64,000 bases of DNA from Bacteroidota bacterium (GCA_024277895.1 JAJRUH010000125.1:1325-65324); one strand, 5' to 3'. Numbered from the stretch's first letter, positions 8,735 to 19,177 are shown. Made by a program: numbers and translations. Notes: generated by a model from the sequence alone, not told the origin.

Positions 8735-11290
8735 TTATATCTCACATCTGTGATATACTTTATCAAAATCCTCATCCTCATCAAATTGAAGATATTTATA
8801 AATTCCCGCTTCATTGGGTTGAACATATTTTTTGTAATATTCAAAATACTCATCAGCCGTAGGTATTCGGTTTAAACCGGAAACAACGGCAGCCATTTCG
8901 GCAGAACCCAAAAATACATTTGCCCCTTTACCCATTCTGTTATCAAAATTTCTGGTAGAAGTAGAGAAAACAGTAACACCGTCGGGGACTCTCAATTGAT
9001 TTCCCATACAAATAGAACAACCCGGAAGTTCAATTCTTGCACCCATTTTATTGAATTTTGAGAATTCTCCTTCCGATTTTAATTTTGCCTGATCCATTCT
9101 CGTAGGCGGAACAATATAAGTTCTCACGTCTGCATTTCTTTCAAAACCTTCCCAAATTTTTGAAGCTGCCCTGTAATGACCGATATTTGTCATACACGAA
9201 CCTATAAACACATCATTAACAGGCGTATTCGCAACTTCAGAAATATATTTTACGTCATCGGGGTCATTCGGACAACATACAATCGGTTCTTTAATTTCCG
9301 ACAAATCAATTTCTATAACGGCGGCATATTCGGCATTTTCATCTCTTGATAATAATTCAGGTTTTTTAAGCCATTCTTCCATTGCTTTAATTCTCCTTTC
9401 AATGGTAGGAGCATATCCGTAACCCTCTTTTACCATTTTTTTCAAAAGAGCAACATTCGACCTCAAATAAGTTGCAACCGAATTTTCAGATAATTTATAT
9501 GTTGCGGCGGCGGCACTCCTTTCGGCGGCGGCATCGGTCAATTCAAATGCTTGTTCCGCCGTAATATCCGGCATTCCTTCCATTTCAAGAATTCTGCCGT
9601 TAAAAATATTCTTTTTGTTTTCTTTTTCAACGGTCAGCAACCCTTGTTTTATTGCCCACAAAGGAATTGCATTCACAATATCTCTTAACGTTATGCCCGG
9701 TTTTGCTTTTCCTTTAAATTTTACTAAAACCGACTCGGGCATATCCAAAGGCATTCTTCCCAAAGCTCCGGCAAAAGCTACCAGTCCCGAACCGGCAGGA
9801 AACGATATTCCCAAAGGAAAACGTGTATGCGAATCACCGCCTGTTCCTACAGTATCGGGCAATAACATTCTGTTTAACCACGAATGTATAACTCCGTCAC
9901 CCGGAAACAAAGAAACTCCCTCTCTTTCAGTTGTAAATTTAGGCAACATTTGATGCATTTTAGTATCTGTTTCTTTCGGATAAGCAGCTGTATGACAGAA
10001 TGTTTGCAAATAAAAATCTGTTTGGAATTTTAAACACGCCAATTCTGTAATTTCATCGGCAGTCATAGGTCCCGTAGTATCTTGAGAACCTACGGTTGTC
10101 ATTACCGGTTCAACTGCCATTCCGGGTAAAACACCATCCGTTCCGCAAGCTTTTCCTACCATTTTTTGAGCTAATGTATAAGCTTGATTCGGTTTCGGAA
10201 CAGGGTTATCGGGTTTTGCAAAAATATCTGTTTCTCCTGATCCGAGAAATTCTCTTGCATCTGCCGTTAATTTTCTGCCTATAATTAAGGGAATACGACC
10301 TCCGGCTCTGAATTCATCAGCTAAAGTATTTGGTTTTAATTCAAATTTTGATAAAAGTTCGCCGTTTTCGGAAGTAATTTCACCTTTAACCGTATTTATA
10401 TTGATAATATCTCCGTGATTTAATTTTGAAACATCCGCAATTAAGGGTAAACCTCCGGAATCTTCAACAGTATTAAAGAAAATAGGGGCAATAACATTTC
10501 CTATAATTACGGCATTTCTTTTTTTATTGGGAACAAAAGGAATATCTTCTCCCATATGCCATAAAACACTGTTTGTTGCTGATTTTCTGGAAGAACCTGT
10601 TCCCACAACATCACCGACATACGCCACTTTATGCCCTTCGGATTTCCATTCGGAAATTTCTTCTATACTTCCGGGTTTTCGTGCTTTAAGCATTGATAAA
10701 GAATGCAAAGGAATATCAGAGCGGCTCCAGGCATCACTTGCCGGTGATAAATCATCGGTATTTGTTTCACCTTCAACCATAAAAACTTTAACTTTTATAT
10801 TTTCCGGTAAAGCAGGTTTTGATGTAAACCATTCGGCATTTGCCCACGATTCCAATACTTTTTTTGCATATTTATTTTTATTCGACAAATCTGCAATTGT
10901 TTGAAAAGCATCATACACAAAAGTTGTTTGCCCGAGTGCCGAAACAGCATAATCGGCTAACTCTTCATTATTTAAAGTATCAATTAAAGGAGCTACATTG
11001 TATCCTCCCAGCATTGTTCCGAGAATTTCTACGGCTTTTTTCTTTGAAATCAGAGGTGATTTTTTTTCTCCTTTAATAATTTTATGCAAAAATTCGGCTT
11101 TTACTTTTGCTGCCGGGTCAACTCCGGGAGAAATACGTTCGGTAAATAAATTCATTAAAAAATCTTCTTTTCCTTTTTCCGGATTTTCAAGCAATTTACA
11201 CAAACCTTCCGTTTGTTCCGAATTTAAAGGCAAAGCAGGAATTCCCATTGCCTTCCTTTCGGCTTCGTGTTTTAAATATTGTTCTGTCAT
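8735..11290 (-). CDS. acnB: Aconitate hydratase B (bifunctional aconitase 2 / 2-methylisocitrate dehydratase)
   Basis: 851 aa. The N-terminus MTEQYLKHEAERKAMGIPALPLNSEQTEGLCKLLENP...GVDPAAKVKAEFL parallels E. coli AcnB. Fe-S ligand regions IGSCMTNIGHYRAA and PGCSICMGNQ. Confidence 0.9.
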   Translation of the reverse strand: MTEQYLKHEAERKAMGIPALPLNSEQTEGLCKLLENPEKGKEDFLMNLFTERISPGVDPAAKVKAEFLHKIIKGEKKSPLISKKKAVEILGTMLGGYNVAPLIDTLNNEELADYAVSALGQTTFVYDAFQTIADLSNKNKYAKKVLESWANAEWFTSKPALPENIKVKVFMVEGETNTDDLSPASDAWSRSDIPLHSLSMLKARKPGSIEEISEWKSEGHKVAYVGDVVGTGSSRKSATNSVLWHMGEDIPFVPNKKRNAVIIGNVIAPIFFNTVEDSGGLPLIADVSKLNHGDIININTVKGEITSENGELLSKFELKPNTLADEFRAGGRIPLIIGRKLTADAREFLGSGETDIFAKPDNPVPKPNQAYTLAQKMVGKACGTDGVLPGMAVEPVMTTVGSQDTTGPMTADEITELACLKFQTDFYLQTFCHTAAYPKETDTKMHQMLPKFTTEREGVSLFPGDGVIHSWLNRMLLPDTVGTGGDSHTRFPLGISFPAGSGLVAFAGALGRMPLDMPESVLVKFKGKAKPGITLRDIVNAIPLWAIKQGLLTVEKENKKNIFNGRILEMEGMPDITAEQAFELTDAAAERSAAAATYKLSENSVATYLRSNVALLKKMVKEGYGYAPTIERRIKAMEEWLKKPELLSRDENAEYAAVIEIDLSEIKEPIVCCPNDPDDVKYISEVANTPVNDVFIGSCMTNIGHYRAASKIWEGFERNADVRTYIVPPTRMDQAKLKSEGEFSKFNKMGARIELPGCSICMGNQLRVPDGVTVFSTSTRNFDNRMGKGANVFLGSAEMAAVVSGLNRIPTADEYFEYYKKYVQPNEAGIYKYLQFDEDEDFDKVYHRCEI

Positions 11291-11326
11291 TATATCTGTA
11301 TTTTTAAATTTCTTATTTTAGGACTG

Positions 11327-11334
11327 CAAAAATA
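11327..11334 (-). promoter_or_regulatory. -7 promoter box TATTTTTG for acnB
   Basis: TAnnTTTG on the minus strand, 37 nt upstream of the acnB ATG. It forms part of the 11-bp inverted repeat GGACTGCAAAA / TTTTGCAGTCC shared with the ychF promoter. Confidence 0.4.
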
Positions 11335-11430
11335 GTAAAATTAAGACGATTTTTTTTAATATTTGACAATTTATATTGCAGATAAAAAATATGGCTGAAA
11401 ATGAAAATTCAGTTTTATAAAATAAATGAC

Positions 11431-11438
11431 TAATTTTG
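11431..11438 (+). promoter_or_regulatory. -7 promoter box TAATTTTG for ychF
   Basis: TAnnTTTG 27 nt upstream of the ychF ATG. Confidence 0.4.
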
Positions 11439-11464
11439 CAGTCCGAAAATAAAAAAACAAAACA

Positions 11465-12562
11465 ATGGCTTTAAAGTGCGGAATCGTAGGATTGACTAAT
11501 ATAGGCAAAACAACAATATTTAATTGCTTTTCAGAAACAAAAGCAGAAGTTACAAATTTCAGTTTCAGTACCGATAAATCAAATCTCGGAACGATAAAAG
11601 TGCCCGACCAAAGACTGTATGAACTCGAAAAATTGCAACCCACGGAAAAAATAATACCTACAGTAGTCGATATTATTGATGTACCCGGAATAGCAAAAGG
11701 TGCAAGCGAAGGCGAAGGGACAGGAAATAAATTTCTCGGAGATATTCGCAATTCAGATGCTTTAATTCATATATTGCGTTGCTTTGATGATGAAAATTTA
11801 CCGCATATTGAAGGTTCGGTTGACCCGGTAAGAGATATGGAACTTCTAAACTTTGAACTTCAGGTAAAAGATTTGGAATCTGTTGAAAAGAAAATTTCAA
11901 GACTTGAAAAAATTGCAAAATCAAATGACAAAGATGCAATAAAAGGTCTTGAAGTTCTGAAAGTTTACAAAGAACATTTAGAAAATTTTAAACCGGCACA
12001 CTCGGCTCCCGTTAAAGAAGGTGATGAAAAATATGTAAGAGATTTAAATCTTTTAACAATAAAACCGGTAATGTATGTTTGCAATGTTGATGAAGCATCG
12101 GCAATAAACGGCAATAAATACACCGAAGCCGTTTTTGAAACATTAAAAAATGAAGATACTCAAGTACTTATTATTGCAGCCGCTCTTGAAGCAGACATAG
12201 CCGAATTGGAAACTGCAGAAGAAAGAAAAGAATTTTTAGAAGATGCCGGACTGAATGAACCCGGAGTTGATAAACTTATAAGAGCTGCTTTTGATTTGCT
12301 TAATCTTCAAACATTTTTCACGGTCGGTCCGAAAGAAATTCGAGCTTGGACACTAAAAAAAGGAATGACTGCTCCCGAAGCTGCCGGCGTAATACACAGC
12401 GATTTACAAAAAGGATTTATCCGTGCCGAAGTAATGCATTATGATGATTTTATAGAGCTCGGTTCCGAACAAAAGTGCAAAGAAAACGGAAAATTTCACG
12501 TAGAAGGAAAAAACTATGTAGTACAAGACGGTGATATTCTGAACATTCGCTTTAATGTTTAA
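11465..12562 (+). CDS. ychF: Redox-regulated ribosome-binding ATPase YchF
   Basis: 365 aa. P-loop GIVGLTNIGKTTIFN, DIIDVPGIAKGASEGEG, and C-terminal TGS-like RAWTLKKGMTAPEAAGVIHSDLQKGFIRAEV. Confidence 0.9.
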   Translation: MALKCGIVGLTNIGKTTIFNCFSETKAEVTNFSFSTDKSNLGTIKVPDQRLYELEKLQPTEKIIPTVVDIIDVPGIAKGASEGEGTGNKFLGDIRNSDALIHILRCFDDENLPHIEGSVDPVRDMELLNFELQVKDLESVEKKISRLEKIAKSNDKDAIKGLEVLKVYKEHLENFKPAHSAPVKEGDEKYVRDLNLLTIKPVMYVCNVDEASAINGNKYTEAVFETLKNEDTQVLIIAAALEADIAELETAEERKEFLEDAGLNEPGVDKLIRAAFDLLNLQTFFTVGPKEIRAWTLKKGMTAPEAAGVIHSDLQKGFIRAEVMHYDDFIELGSEQKCKENGKFHVEGKNYVVQDGDILNIRFNV

Positions 12563-12650
12563 AATTTTTCATCAAAATTAACCTTTCAAATTTGATTTTG
12601 GTTCTTTTTTTGTATCTTTACAAAGTATTAAAACTAAAGACCTTAATCAT

Positions 12651-13601
12651 ATGAAAACAAACGCTCCATTCAGGTTGTTAAACCTAATTATGCCCGTATT
12701 TACAATTTTCCTTGCAGTTTTTTTGTCAAATTGCAAAGGTCATGTTGAAATTTTCGGTATTACTGACAGCATAGAAAATTGTTCAGCACCCTATGTTGTG
12801 TATTTTTATGCAGATGCCGAACATCGAACAAAAGATCTTGAATACACTTGGGATTTTGGTGATAACACAAACTCACATGATCAAGAACCGGTACATATCT
12901 ATAAAAACCAAGGTATTTACAAAGTAACTTTATCAATTAAACAAAATAAATCTTTTGATTCAAAGAGTATTTCGTTATATTTAACAGCGGATTCTACTGC
13001 TGCATATTCAGACTTTGATTATGCCTCTTACAGCGACTCTTTGTGGGCTCCTTCAAATGTTGAATTTCAAAATTATTCAAAACATGCAACATCTTTTCTT
13101 TGGGAATTCGGAGACGGTGATACTTCAACGGTTAAAAGCCCGACACATATTTATCAATCACAGGGGACTTATACTTGCTTACTAAATGCAATATGCAACG
13201 GAGACACTTCCAAATTTTCTCGACAAATAAAAATAAAAGCACCGCCTAAAGTCATTTCTGTATACGAAGTAACAGTCTGGTTACCCGATACATATATAGG
13301 GGCTGACGTATGGGTTGATTTATGGTATGCCGGACAATTTGAAATTGGTAGTGAACACACAAATTCTACGGCTTCATTCCCTGTAACATTCCCGTTTAAA
13401 CGTCTTTTATATTATTTTTCAGGAACTTATAATCAAGACAATCTGAAATTTGAAATTTGGTCAAATTTGGATAATTCATATCCGATTAAAACTTTCAGCA
13501 TTGAATCTCGAGATTTACAAAGTGATTTTTATCCGACAATTATTTCTTTTGATGACGGTTACGGAAGGAAATTAGAAGCCAAATTGGAATATCGTCAATA
13601 A
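12651..13601 (+). CDS. PKD-repeat lipoprotein
   Basis: Lipoprotein-type signal (FLSNC) and two PKD-like repeats: WDFGDNTNS...HIYKNQGIYKVTLSI and WEFGDGDTS...HIYQSQGTYTCLL. Confidence 0.6.
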   Translation: MKTNAPFRLLNLIMPVFTIFLAVFLSNCKGHVEIFGITDSIENCSAPYVVYFYADAEHRTKDLEYTWDFGDNTNSHDQEPVHIYKNQGIYKVTLSIKQNKSFDSKSISLYLTADSTAAYSDFDYASYSDSLWAPSNVEFQNYSKHATSFLWEFGDGDTSTVKSPTHIYQSQGTYTCLLNAICNGDTSKFSRQIKIKAPPKVISVYEVTVWLPDTYIGADVWVDLWYAGQFEIGSEHTNSTASFPVTFPFKRLLYYFSGTYNQDNLKFEIWSNLDNSYPIKTFSIESRDLQSDFYPTIISFDDGYGRKLEAKLEYRQ

Positions 13602-13629
13602 TATAAATTTAAACTTTTAGAATATTATT

Positions 13630-14550
13630 ATGAAACAATTTTATAAAATAATAACTGCTGTATTTTTCTCATTTTTATTTATGTTAAATGCTGCGGCTCA
13701 ATCAACTGACAGAGATTGGTGGAACAGTTTATCTCCGGCTTGGAAAAAAGTTATTCAGAAACAGCATTTTAAAGGAAAGGATGTAACCCCTACCGATGAG
13801 CAACTTCAGGAAATCGGAAAAATGGTGTTCTTAGATGTCGAAAATAATAAAGAAATAAAAAGTTTGGCACCGGCAGAAGCCCTGCAACTTTTAGAAATAA
13901 TTAAAGCAAGAAACAGCGGACTTCTGAGTTTAGACGGAATTGACGGCTTGATAAACTTAAAAGAAATAGATTGCTCGGATAATGACAATATTAATTCCGT
14001 AATCCCTCTTGCTTCATTAAATAATCTGGAAAAAATTAATTGCGGAAATACAATGGTAAAAAGTCTTGTTCATCTGCGAAATTTGGAGAAATTAAGAGAA
14101 CTTGATGCTCATTATACAACAATTGTTGATTTAAGAATTTTAAAAAACTTAAAACAACTTACAACTCTTGACGTTTCACAAAATATTTCGCTTTTTTCTC
14201 TTGAAGGTTTAAATTATTTACCTGAACTTACGGATTTGAATTGCAGCGAAACCAATATTGATGATTTAACACCTCTTTCTAAATTAAAAATCCTGCAACG
14301 TTTGGACATTTCAAAAACAAAAGTTGAAACATTAAGACCAATACAACTTGTTAAAAGTCTGCAAGATATTGATTGTTCCGACACAAAAATAAAACCTAAA
14401 AGTTTGGACTACCTCATAGGACTTCCGAATTTAACAATGCTTCGCGCAAAAAACATTACTATTACCGATGCAGAAATAAAAGAATTTGAAACAATATTAC
14501 AAAAAAGAAATCCTGACGCAACTATAATAATTACAAAAAAAAGAAAATAA
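13630..14550 (+). CDS. Secreted leucine-rich-repeat protein
   Basis: Signal peptide followed by about nine 22-residue LRRs (L..L..LDCS.T.I.DL.PL pattern). Confidence 0.7.
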   Translation: MKQFYKIITAVFFSFLFMLNAAAQSTDRDWWNSLSPAWKKVIQKQHFKGKDVTPTDEQLQEIGKMVFLDVENNKEIKSLAPAEALQLLEIIKARNSGLLSLDGIDGLINLKEIDCSDNDNINSVIPLASLNNLEKINCGNTMVKSLVHLRNLEKLRELDAHYTTIVDLRILKNLKQLTTLDVSQNISLFSLEGLNYLPELTDLNCSETNIDDLTPLSKLKILQRLDISKTKVETLRPIQLVKSLQDIDCSDTKIKPKSLDYLIGLPNLTMLRAKNITITDAEIKEFETILQKRNPDATIIITKKRK

Positions 14551-14826
14551 TATACATTTACGGTCATCGTATCATTTTTTAAACAATTAATTTTTTCGTT
14601 ATGGTCAATAAAAACATAAAAAAGTTAGTAAAGCCATTGACTTAATCAAAATATTTAATAAAAAGACTAACAAACAGAACTAAGATTGGACATAACAGAA
14701 AAGGATAAAACTTGACCCTAATAATCCTAAAAATAAAAACGGTCAAAAGTGGAGTCCAGAACCCACTGAAAAAAACGGGGCGAATTCCGAAAAGCCTTAT
14801 GAGTAGGAAAAAATAAAAGTGATATT

Positions 14827-15360
14827 ATGAAAAATGACGTTAATAACATTGCAAATGAGCCCAAAACAGAAGATTTTAGTTTTAAAAACCATTTTGTAAA
14901 AGCGGCATTAGGAGCATTATACTATTTATTTATTTACATCCCGTTCATTTTGCCGTTTAAAATATGGGGAAAAGCAGCAACACGAATTAGTCTGTTATGG
15001 GATAATAAGTCCATAACTTATAACGAAAAAGAAAAAGAATATCCTTTATATCTGTTTTACTTCAATTACATAATCAATTTTATATTTGATGCTTTAATAT
15101 TCTTAGCGTGGCCTATAGGACTTATTTATGCAACATATTTATATATAGACGGTTTTGAATATATGAAATTCTTTGGAGGATATGTAAAGAACCTATTCAC
15201 TTATTATTTCTCAGTATTACTTATTCGACTAGCTAAAGAAACACTATTTTTCATCCTTAACTACTTAATTATATGGTTATTTGAAGTTATCAGAAACATC
15301 GGATTACTTATCAAAAATCTTTGGCTGTTAAACTTTGTGTTTAGGAAAAAAGAAAAATAA
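14827..15360 (+). CDS. Hypothetical membrane protein
   Basis: 177 aa with about four hydrophobic segments, followed by a terminator. No family recognised. Confidence 0.4.
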   Translation: MKNDVNNIANEPKTEDFSFKNHFVKAALGALYYLFIYIPFILPFKIWGKAATRISLLWDNKSITYNEKEKEYPLYLFYFNYIINFIFDALIFLAWPIGLIYATYLYIDGFEYMKFFGGYVKNLFTYYFSVLLIRLAKETLFFILNYLIIWLFEVIRNIGLLIKNLWLLNFVFRKKEK

Positions 15361-15463
15361 AGGCCAATTCAAAAGCTCATACGTAATGCGAACTTTAACA
15401 TCAAGTTAAAAATCATTTCAAAATCCGGCATTACGCATAGCTAATCGATACGATGACTTACTA

Positions 15464-15495
15464 AAATCCCGGCAAAAGTCGGGATTTTTGTTTTC
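15464..15495 (+). terminator. Rho-independent terminator
   Basis: Stem AAATCCCG / CGGGATTT, 8-nt loop, T-rich tail. Confidence 0.6.
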
Positions 15496-15511
15496 ATACA
15501 ACAAAAAATAT

Positions 15512-15519
15512 TACATTTG
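15512..15519 (+). promoter_or_regulatory. -7 promoter box TACATTTG driving the riboswitch leader
   Basis: TAnnTTTG 6 nt upstream of the proposed P1 helix of the riboswitch. Confidence 0.4.
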
Positions 15520-15524
15520 CAAAA

Positions 15525-15683
15525 GATATCGGTCTCGATTTCGAGAGAAAAGGGAATGCCGTGAAAATCGGCAACAGTTCCCGCTGCTGTAATCTTCTAC
15601 GTTTTGAACATTTTGCCACTGCCGAAACAACCGGACGGGAAGGCGTTCAAAATACGAAGTAAGTCAGAAGACCTGCCGGTATC
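15525..15683 (+). promoter_or_regulatory. Cobalamin (B12) riboswitch aptamer
   Basis: P1 GATATCGG / CCGGTATC. Conserved core strings AAAAGGGAATGCCGTGAAAATCGGCA, CCGCTGCTGT, GCCACTG, GGGAAGGC and B12 box AGTCAGAAGACCTGCC. A 120-nt expression platform precedes ATG 15804. Confidence 0.85.
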
Positions 15684-15803
15684 TGCCCCGGTTTTGCAGT
15701 CTGCGGAGAACAGGCAAGCAAATTCGATGTAATTCCTGCCCTCATCGTTTCTGCAAAATCTGTAAATCGTCTCTCTGAGGCGAAAAAACAAAATATCAAA
15801 ACG

Positions 15804-17213
15804 ATGAAAAAAACATACATTTTTTTACTTATTTTAATTTTCGGACTTAAACTGAACGCACAATACATTTCCGAAATTATCAAATATACCCCCGCACCCG
15901 GTCAATTCATAAACACCGCATACGGAAACCAAAATGCAGCACAATCAATTGTCGGAACTGCAACAGGACTTGTAAGTCTCGGAGCTTTCGGAGGTTATAT
16001 TATTTTCAAATTTCAGAATCCCGTCGAAAACAATCCCGATAACCCTTACGGAATTGATTTTACCGTTTTCGGAAATCCGGCTTCCGCCGAAAGTGCCGAA
16101 CCGGCAATTGTTTATGTTATGAAAGATGAAAATAACAACGGACTTCCCGACGACACTTGGTATGAACTTGCCGGAAGCGACTTCTTTTTTTCTTCAACAA
16201 TAAAAAATTACGAAATTACATATACAAACCCTGACCAATCCGTTGCTGCCGATGTCCTATGGACTGACAATCAGGGCGAAAACGGATACATCTTTGCAAA
16301 CGATTTTCATACGCAACCCTACTACCCCGCTCCCGACAATTTTCCTTCAATAAACCAAACTCAATACACTTTAAGCGGGACAAAAATAACAGCCGCCGTC
16401 GATTTATCCGATGAAACAAGCATAAAATCTTATCCGAGAGCATTCGGATATGCCGACAATCACATAAGAGGAAATATAAACTCCGCTTTACCCGACAATC
16501 CCTATACTCCCGAAACGGAAGGCACGGGCGGAGACGCTTTTGATATTTCTTGGGCTGTTGACCAAAACGAAAACTATGTCGATTTAAACGAAATTAATTT
16601 TATAAAAATCCAATGTTCCGTAAACGAAAATATGGCTTGGCTCGGAGAACTGTCTTCCGAAATTACGGGTGCTCTTGACGTTCCTCCAGATGCTTCCGTA
16701 AACGGAACGCAGGATATAATCGTTATAAAAGACTTACCGAAAACAATTTTTGCAAATACACCCTATCAATTAGAAGCATTTGCATTTCATCTCGGCAGAT
16801 TATTACCCGACGAAAATATTATTTGGTCTGCAGATTTACCCGGTGCAAACATCAATCAAAACAATATTCTTACAGTTTCGGAAAGCGGAACGCTTACAGT
16901 TACCGCAACCCTTGAAAGCAATCCGGATATTTCGGCAAATTTAATCGTTACCGTTACCGAAGCAAACAACATAACAAACTTAAAATATGATAATTACAAG
17001 GTTTTTCCGAATCCGGCAAATTCTTATTTTCAAATTCAAAACTCAAAAAATATTTCTGTTGAAATTTATGACAGTTTCGGAAAACTTATTAAAAGAATAA
17101 AAAACTGCTCCGAAAACGATAAAATTGACATAAACACATCTCCCAGAGGCATTTATTTTATAAAAATATCGGATAAAGAGGGTTCTGTCACAAAGAAACT
17201 CATTAAAAATTAA
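15804..17213 (+). CDS. Secreted surface protein with T9SS C-terminal sorting domain (first gene of the B12-regulated operon)
   Basis: 469 aa with a signal peptide. The C-terminal roughly 75 aa (KVFPNPANSYFQIQ...RGIYFIKISDKEGSVTKKLIKN) is T9SS type-A-like. The N-terminal domain is not assignable by eye. Confidence 0.5.
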   Translation: MKKTYIFLLILIFGLKLNAQYISEIIKYTPAPGQFINTAYGNQNAAQSIVGTATGLVSLGAFGGYIIFKFQNPVENNPDNPYGIDFTVFGNPASAESAEPAIVYVMKDENNNGLPDDTWYELAGSDFFFSSTIKNYEITYTNPDQSVAADVLWTDNQGENGYIFANDFHTQPYYPAPDNFPSINQTQYTLSGTKITAAVDLSDETSIKSYPRAFGYADNHIRGNINSALPDNPYTPETEGTGGDAFDISWAVDQNENYVDLNEINFIKIQCSVNENMAWLGELSSEITGALDVPPDASVNGTQDIIVIKDLPKTIFANTPYQLEAFAFHLGRLLPDENIIWSADLPGANINQNNILTVSESGTLTVTATLESNPDISANLIVTVTEANNITNLKYDNYKVFPNPANSYFQIQNSKNISVEIYDSFGKLIKRIKNCSENDKIDINTSPRGIYFIKISDKEGSVTKKLIKN

Positions 17214-17217
17214 ATTT

Positions 17218-19173
17218 TTGAAAAAAATACCGGTCATATTATTTTTTACTTTACTCTGTTTTGAACTGTTTTCTCAAAATTCAAAAGACACGATTATACA
17301 TATTGACGAAGTTAAAATTACCGACAGAAAAATTTTAAAACCCGACAGAGTAATTGCAATATGCACCGAACAACAAAAAATTAATCCTGAAATAATCCGG
17401 CACAACAACACAAAATCACTTGCGGAATTGCTTACGGAAAACTCGTCTGTTTTTATCAAATCATACGGTCAAGGCTCGCTTGCAACGGCTTCGATAAGAG
17501 GCAGCGGTGCTTCTCACACGCAAGTTTTATGGAACGACATTCCCCTAAACAATCCTATGCTCGGACAAACGGATTTTTCACAAATTCCCGTTTTTTTTAT
17601 CGATAAAGCCGAAATTTCGGAAGGCGGAAGTTCGCTTTTTTCAGGAATCGGAGCATTGGGAGGAAGCATTTTACTTAACTCATTGCCCGATACGGCAGAA
17701 AAATTTTCTTCGGAAATTATTCAAACATTCGGAAGTAACAAAACATTTCAAACTTTCTTTAAAATTGCTACAGGAAATTCAAAAATTAATACCGTTTTTA
17801 AAATTTATCGCGAGCAATCCGAAAACGATTTTTTATTTTACAACAATGCAACCGGAAATCCGGAATATGAAAGACAAAAAAATGCCGATTATAAAAAAAA
17901 CGCATTGCTTAACACAACTTCAATAAACTTTTCCGAGAGCAAAAATCTCAACGTAAATACCTGGTTTCAATACGATAACAGAAATATTCCGCCGATTATG
18001 TCTTTTCTCGGAACCGGCAAGATTGAATATCAAAAAGACCTGAATTTTAAAACCGTTGCAAAATATCTTTTTCGGAAAAACAAAACGGAAAATAAAATAA
18101 CAGCGGCTTTTACAAATGAAAATCTTGATTATTTTTCGGGAACAAAAATCGAAACCGAACTGCTGACATACACAAATTCCGAAAGCAATACTAAACGTTT
18201 TTCAGCAAAATTCAGTTCAAATTACGATTTAAACAAAAAAATATTCCTTAAAACAGAATTAACCGCCGAATACCAAAAAGCCGAATATTTTGACAAAAAA
18301 ACAGCCATTTCATACCAAGCCGACCGCAAAATTGCCGACTATATGCTTTATGCCGATTATAAAATGAACAAAAATGCATTTTTTTTCACTCTTGTTCGTG
18401 CAAATTTTACCGACAATTATTTCTTGCCGCTTATGCCTTCGGCAGGTTTTAATTTCAATTTCAAAAACACTCCTTTTGCCCTAAACACAAGCATAAGCCG
18501 AAATTATAGGACTCCGAGCTTAAACGACTTATACTGGATACCCGGCGGAAACAAAAATTTAAAACCCGAAGAAGGATATACCGGAGATTTAAGTTTGAAT
18601 CTGAAACCGATAAAAAAAGGAAAATTTACCGCAAAAGCAAATTTAACCGTATATGCTTCATATATAAATAATTGGATAGTTTGGCAGCCGAGTGATTTTT
18701 TATATTGGAAAGCCGAAAATATAAGAAAAGTTTTTTCGCGCGGAGCCGAATTTTCATTTTCAGAAAAATATTCGGGAAATAAACTTAAAATATGGCTTAA
18801 ATCTAACTACAGCTACACAAAAACAACAAACCAAACCGATGCCGGAGATAATTCTTACGAAAAACAATTAATATACATTCCGGTTCACAAAGCAAATTTT
18901 TTCGTAAATACTGAATATTCCGAATGGTTTATAAATATTTCGCAAACATATACCGGACAAAGATTTACGACATCATCAAATGAGGAAAACAGGCATATTT
19001 TACCCTCTTTTCACATAGAAAATTTATCTGCGGGAAGAAAATTCAATTTTGAAAAAGCCGATTTTGAAATTCAACTTAAAATAAGGAACATTTTTAATAC
19101 ACAATATCAGGAAATTTTGTGGAGAGCAATGCCGGGAAGACAATTTTTACTGTTAATAAGAATAGAAATTTAA
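17218..19173 (+). CDS. btuB: TonB-dependent receptor, probable cobalamin receptor (BtuB-like)
   Basis: 651 aa with a TTG start 4 nt after the upstream stop. Signal peptide and plug strings IDEVKITDRK and SIRGSGASHTQVLWNDIPLNNP, and barrel-length body. Function is inferred from the riboswitch context. Confidence 0.7.
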   Translation: MKKIPVILFFTLLCFELFSQNSKDTIIHIDEVKITDRKILKPDRVIAICTEQQKINPEIIRHNNTKSLAELLTENSSVFIKSYGQGSLATASIRGSGASHTQVLWNDIPLNNPMLGQTDFSQIPVFFIDKAEISEGGSSLFSGIGALGGSILLNSLPDTAEKFSSEIIQTFGSNKTFQTFFKIATGNSKINTVFKIYREQSENDFLFYNNATGNPEYERQKNADYKKNALLNTTSINFSESKNLNVNTWFQYDNRNIPPIMSFLGTGKIEYQKDLNFKTVAKYLFRKNKTENKITAAFTNENLDYFSGTKIETELLTYTNSESNTKRFSAKFSSNYDLNKKIFLKTELTAEYQKAEYFDKKTAISYQADRKIADYMLYADYKMNKNAFFFTLVRANFTDNYFLPLMPSAGFNFNFKNTPFALNTSISRNYRTPSLNDLYWIPGGNKNLKPEEGYTGDLSLNLKPIKKGKFTAKANLTVYASYINNWIVWQPSDFLYWKAENIRKVFSRGAEFSFSEKYSGNKLKIWLKSNYSYTKTTNQTDAGDNSYEKQLIYIPVHKANFFVNTEYSEWFINISQTYTGQRFTTSSNEENRHILPSFHIENLSAGRKFNFEKADFEIQLKIRNIFNTQYQEILWRAMPGRQFLLLIRIEI

Positions 19174-19177
19174 CATT

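Noticed and set aside
9615-11321. Long antisense ORFs inside acnB (9615..9953, 10527..10904, 10998..11321). Similar ones lie inside glnN (27945..28427), the mreB start region (51537..51977) and elsewhere.
   Set aside because: They lie wholly within well-supported conserved genes on the opposite strand, have low-complexity translations and no independent signals. This is typical of spurious shadow ORFs.
14696-14806. Start-less 36-codon frame (QKRIKLDPNNPKNKNGQKWSPEPTEKNGANSEKPYE) upstream of the orphan membrane protein. It might be a relic 3' end of a larger gene, for example a toxin C-terminus with a downstream immunity gene.
   Set aside because: It has no start codon and no recognisable motif, and it is too short to distinguish from chance in AT-rich DNA. 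A database search of the peptide would be needed.
14563-15457. 11-bp inverted repeat GTCATCGTATC (14563-14573) / GATACGATGAC (15447-15457) flanking the orphan membrane-protein gene. It loosely resembles the arms of the 37-nt palindrome (ATACGATGA is shared with copy 2).
   Set aside because: By rough expectation, several 11-bp inverted repeats within 1 kb should occur by chance in a 64-kb window. The similarity to the palindrome family covers only 9-10 nt. I note it, but it is not strong enough to call a cassette boundary.
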